Shown: piece by piece, positions 56,001 through 58,318 of the stretch
Layout: the number at the start of each line of letters is the position of its first letter
Position numbering within the stretch: the first letter of the stretch is position 1
The notes under the pieces: model-generated
The model's input: only the letters and a program-made list of their open reading frames with translations
What the model was told of the DNA's origin: nothing
Database searches by the model: none
Made by a program: the position numbers and the translations under genes
NCBI GenBank assembly: GCA_013203315.1
Contig: JABMQJ010000019.1
Span: forward strand, 1-58,318
Source of the DNA: Candidatus Omnitrophota bacterium
GTDB lineage: Bacteria > Omnitrophota > Gorgyraeia > JABMRN01 > RBG-13-46-9
Reading direction: 5' to 3'
Length of the DNA stretch: 58,318 nucleotides

Positions 56001-58318
56001 CTACGTTTTAAACCCTACGCTTCCGGTGCCGCAGAGATTTTCTATTTCATCGAGTAAAATGTCGTCCATTTTGACGGCGCAGCCTCTTCCGGCGGACACA
56101 TTAATCCTTCTGCCGTCCGGTTCCTGAAAACTCAAAAAAACAGGAACCTTCCCGTGGTGCCGGGAAAGTATATTTTTAAGGTTATCGAGGAGTGGTTTTT
56201 CAAGGCCCGGGGTTTTAAGCCTTATGAGAACTGCCTTTGTAAACTTGGACTTTACTTCTTCCAGCGGAATAATCTCTTCGGCTATAAGCTTCGGCTCGTC
56301 TTCTCTCAAGTTTATCTTACCTGTTATAAACACCATGGAATCGACCCTCACGAGATTGGCAAATTTCTGATAAGTCCTCGGGAAAACCAGCGTCTCAACG
56401 GTGCCGGTTAAGTCTTCCAGCCTCACGATAGCCATTTTCTCCCCGGTTCTCCTGGTAGTTGTGATCTTGGTCCTGCTCATTATGCCTCCGAGGCGCACTT
56501 CCTCACCGTCTCTTAAGGCGCTTAATGCTACCATCGGTGATGAAGAATAGTTTTTAAGCAACCTTTCGTAGCTTGCCAACGGATGCTTGGTTATATAAAA
56601 TCCGAGCATTTCTTTTTCGTAAGCCAGAAGCTGGTTTTCCGGCCATTCGGGAATATCGGGAACATCCTGGAAGGTTTTCTGGAAGTTTTCCTGCATATCA
56701 AAAGTGTCAAAAAAGGAAAACTGCCCGTTCATTTTGTCTTTTTGCATTCCTCCGGCAATTTCCATGGCCCTGTCAAGGATAGCGATCTGCTGGGAGCGGT
56801 GAAGTTCAAGCGAATCGAAGGCCCCGCACTTTATTAAACTTTCTATGACCTTCCTGTTAACAAGCCTGGAATCCACTCGCTGCGTAAAATCATAAATAGA
56901 TTTAAATTTTCCGAGTTTTGCCCTTGAAGTAATTATGGAATCTATCGCGCTTTGTCCCACGTTTTTCACCGCGGCCAGGCCGAAACGTATTCCGCCCTCA
57001 ACAACCGTGAAATTGGCAAAGCTTTCGTTCACATCTGAAGGCAAGATCTTTATGTCCATATGCATGGCTTCGCTTATGTACCGGGCAATTTTATCCGTGT
57101 TATCACGCTCACTTGTAAGAAGTGCTGTCATAAACTCTACGGGAAAATTCGCCTTGAGGTATGCGGTCCTGTAGCTTATCATGGCGTAAGCGGTGCTATG
57201 CGACTTGTTAAATCCGTAGCCGGCAAAATATTCTATCTGGTTAAATATTTTATTGGCGGTTTCCTTTTTTATGTTTTTCTTCGCGGCGCCGTCTACGAAA
57301 TTCTGCCTTGCTTCGACCATGACCTCCGGTGTTTTTTTGCTTATTGCCCGGCGCAGCGTATCGGCTTGGGCCAAACTAAATCCCGCCAGATCCGAGGCGA
57401 TCCTCATGATCTGCTCCTGGAACACGATAATGCCGTATGTATCTTTAAGTACGGGCTCCAGCATCGGGTGGTCGTACTTGATCTGCGATGTCTTGTGTTT
57501 TCTTTTTATGAAATCATCAAGCATGCCGCTGCCTATCGGACCGGGCCTGAAGAGCGCGAGGAGCGCTATTATTTCTTCGAATTTTTCGGGCTTTAATTTT
57601 TTTAATAAATCGCGCATCCCGGAACTTTCCAGCTGGAATATGCCGGTAGATTCGGCGTTGGCCAAAAGCTTATATGTTTTTTCGTCATCCAGGGGCAACT
57701 TTTCTATGTCGAGATCTTTTGACCGGGTCCTTTTTATGATTTTAATACTTTCGCTTATAACCGTAAGTGTTTTAAGGCCCAGGAAATCCATTTTTAAAAG
57801 GCCTATTTTTTCCAATGAATTCATGGGAACGCCGGTTGTAATCTGGCCGTCGCTTGTTTGAAAAAGCGGCACGTAATTGGTAAGGTCATCCTGACTTATG
57901 ACTACGCCCGCAGCATGCGTGGATGCGTGGCGCGTTAGGCCCTCTAGTTTTCGCGAAATATCGATAAGCTTTGTAATGTTTGGTTCGTTATTGTAAAGTT
58001 CGGCCAGTTCCGGCTCTATCTGCATGGCGCGCTCAAGCGATATATTCAGTTCATTGGGTATGAGTTTGGCGATTCTATCCACTTCCGCGTATGGCATGCC
58101 CATCACCCTTCCCACGTCGCGCACAACGCCCTTGGCCATCATTGTCCCGAAGGTAATAATTTGCGCTACATTTTTTTTGGAGTACTTATTAATTACGTAA
58201 TCTATTACTTCGTTTCTGCGTTCGTAACAGAAATCGATATCAATATCAGGCATGCTGATTCTCTCGGGATTCAGGAACCGTTCAAAGATAAGGCCGTAGC
58301 GAAGAGGGTCAATGTCCG
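56001..58318 (-). CDS. dnaE: DNA polymerase III alpha subunit (5' truncated by window edge)
   Basis: Frame open to the window end (DIDPLRYGLIFERFLNPERISMPDIDIDF), STHAAG, KMDFLGL, YGFNKSH, C-terminal OB fold. Confidence 0.98.
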   Translation of the reverse strand, partial: DIDPLRYGLIFERFLNPERISMPDIDIDFCYERRNEVIDYVINKYSKKNVAQIITFGTMMAKGVVRDVGRVMGMPYAEVDRIAKLIPNELNISLERAMQIEPELAELYNNEPNITKLIDISRKLEGLTRHASTHAAGVVISQDDLTNYVPLFQTSDGQITTGVPMNSLEKIGLLKMDFLGLKTLTVISESIKIIKRTRSKDLDIEKLPLDDEKTYKLLANAESTGIFQLESSGMRDLLKKLKPEKFEEIIALLALFRPGPIGSGMLDDFIKRKHKTSQIKYDHPMLEPVLKDTYGIIVFQEQIMRIASDLAGFSLAQADTLRRAISKKTPEVMVEARQNFVDGAAKKNIKKETANKIFNQIEYFAGYGFNKSHSTAYAMISYRTAYLKANFPVEFMTALLTSERDNTDKIARYISEAMHMDIKILPSDVNESFANFTVVEGGIRFGLAAVKNVGQSAIDSIITSRAKLGKFKSIYDFTQRVDSRLVNRKVIESLIKCGAFDSLELHRSQQIAILDRAMEIAGGMQKDKMNGQFSFFDTFDMQENFQKTFQDVPDIPEWPENQLLAYEKEMLGFYITKHPLASYERLLKNYSSSPMVALSALRDGEEVRLGGIMSRTKITTTRRTGEKMAIVRLEDLTGTVETLVFPRTYQKFANLVRVDSMVFITGKINLREDEPKLIAEEIIPLEEVKSKFTKAVLIRLKTPGLEKPLLDNLKNILSRHHGKVPVFLSFQEPDGRRINVSAGRGCAVKMDDILLDEIENLCGTGSVGFKT

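Overview
This is a 58 kb bacterial chromosome segment from a diderm (lpxA, outer-membrane barrel). The gene content suggests the PVC group, possibly Ca. Omnitrophota; that is an inference only. About 55 CDS and both tRNAs lie on the minus strand. Most genes are housekeeping: fabG-acpP-fabF, ftsK-rodZ-rimO-pgsA-pgpA, rbfA-nrnA-truB-ribF-rpsO-pnp-dut, ligA, xerD, a CBS-domain tRNA nucleotidyltransferase, an FMN-riboswitch-led rib operon, and dnaE-HU-hisS-aspS-phoH-HD-ybeY-dgkA-recO-glyQS-ppdK-sigma-apt. The unusual signals are mostly non-coding. (1) A ~2.6 kb integrase-less islet at tRNA-Arg(CCT) is bounded by a duplication of the tRNA 5' half plus its -10 box, and contains two copies of a ~65 bp end motif and decayed cargo genes. 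(2) A 160 bp structured mini-element in the 3' end of tRNA-Pro(CGG) has displaced the CCA-encoding end. (3) Several REP/REPIN-like palindromes are present. (4) A two-hairpin element between converging promoters precedes a secreted beta-propeller protein fused to a single TolC-like repeat. (5) The rib operon has a deaminase-only RibD and an embedded PHP phosphatase. I saw no CRISPR array, rRNA or transposase. All calls are by eye, without database searches.
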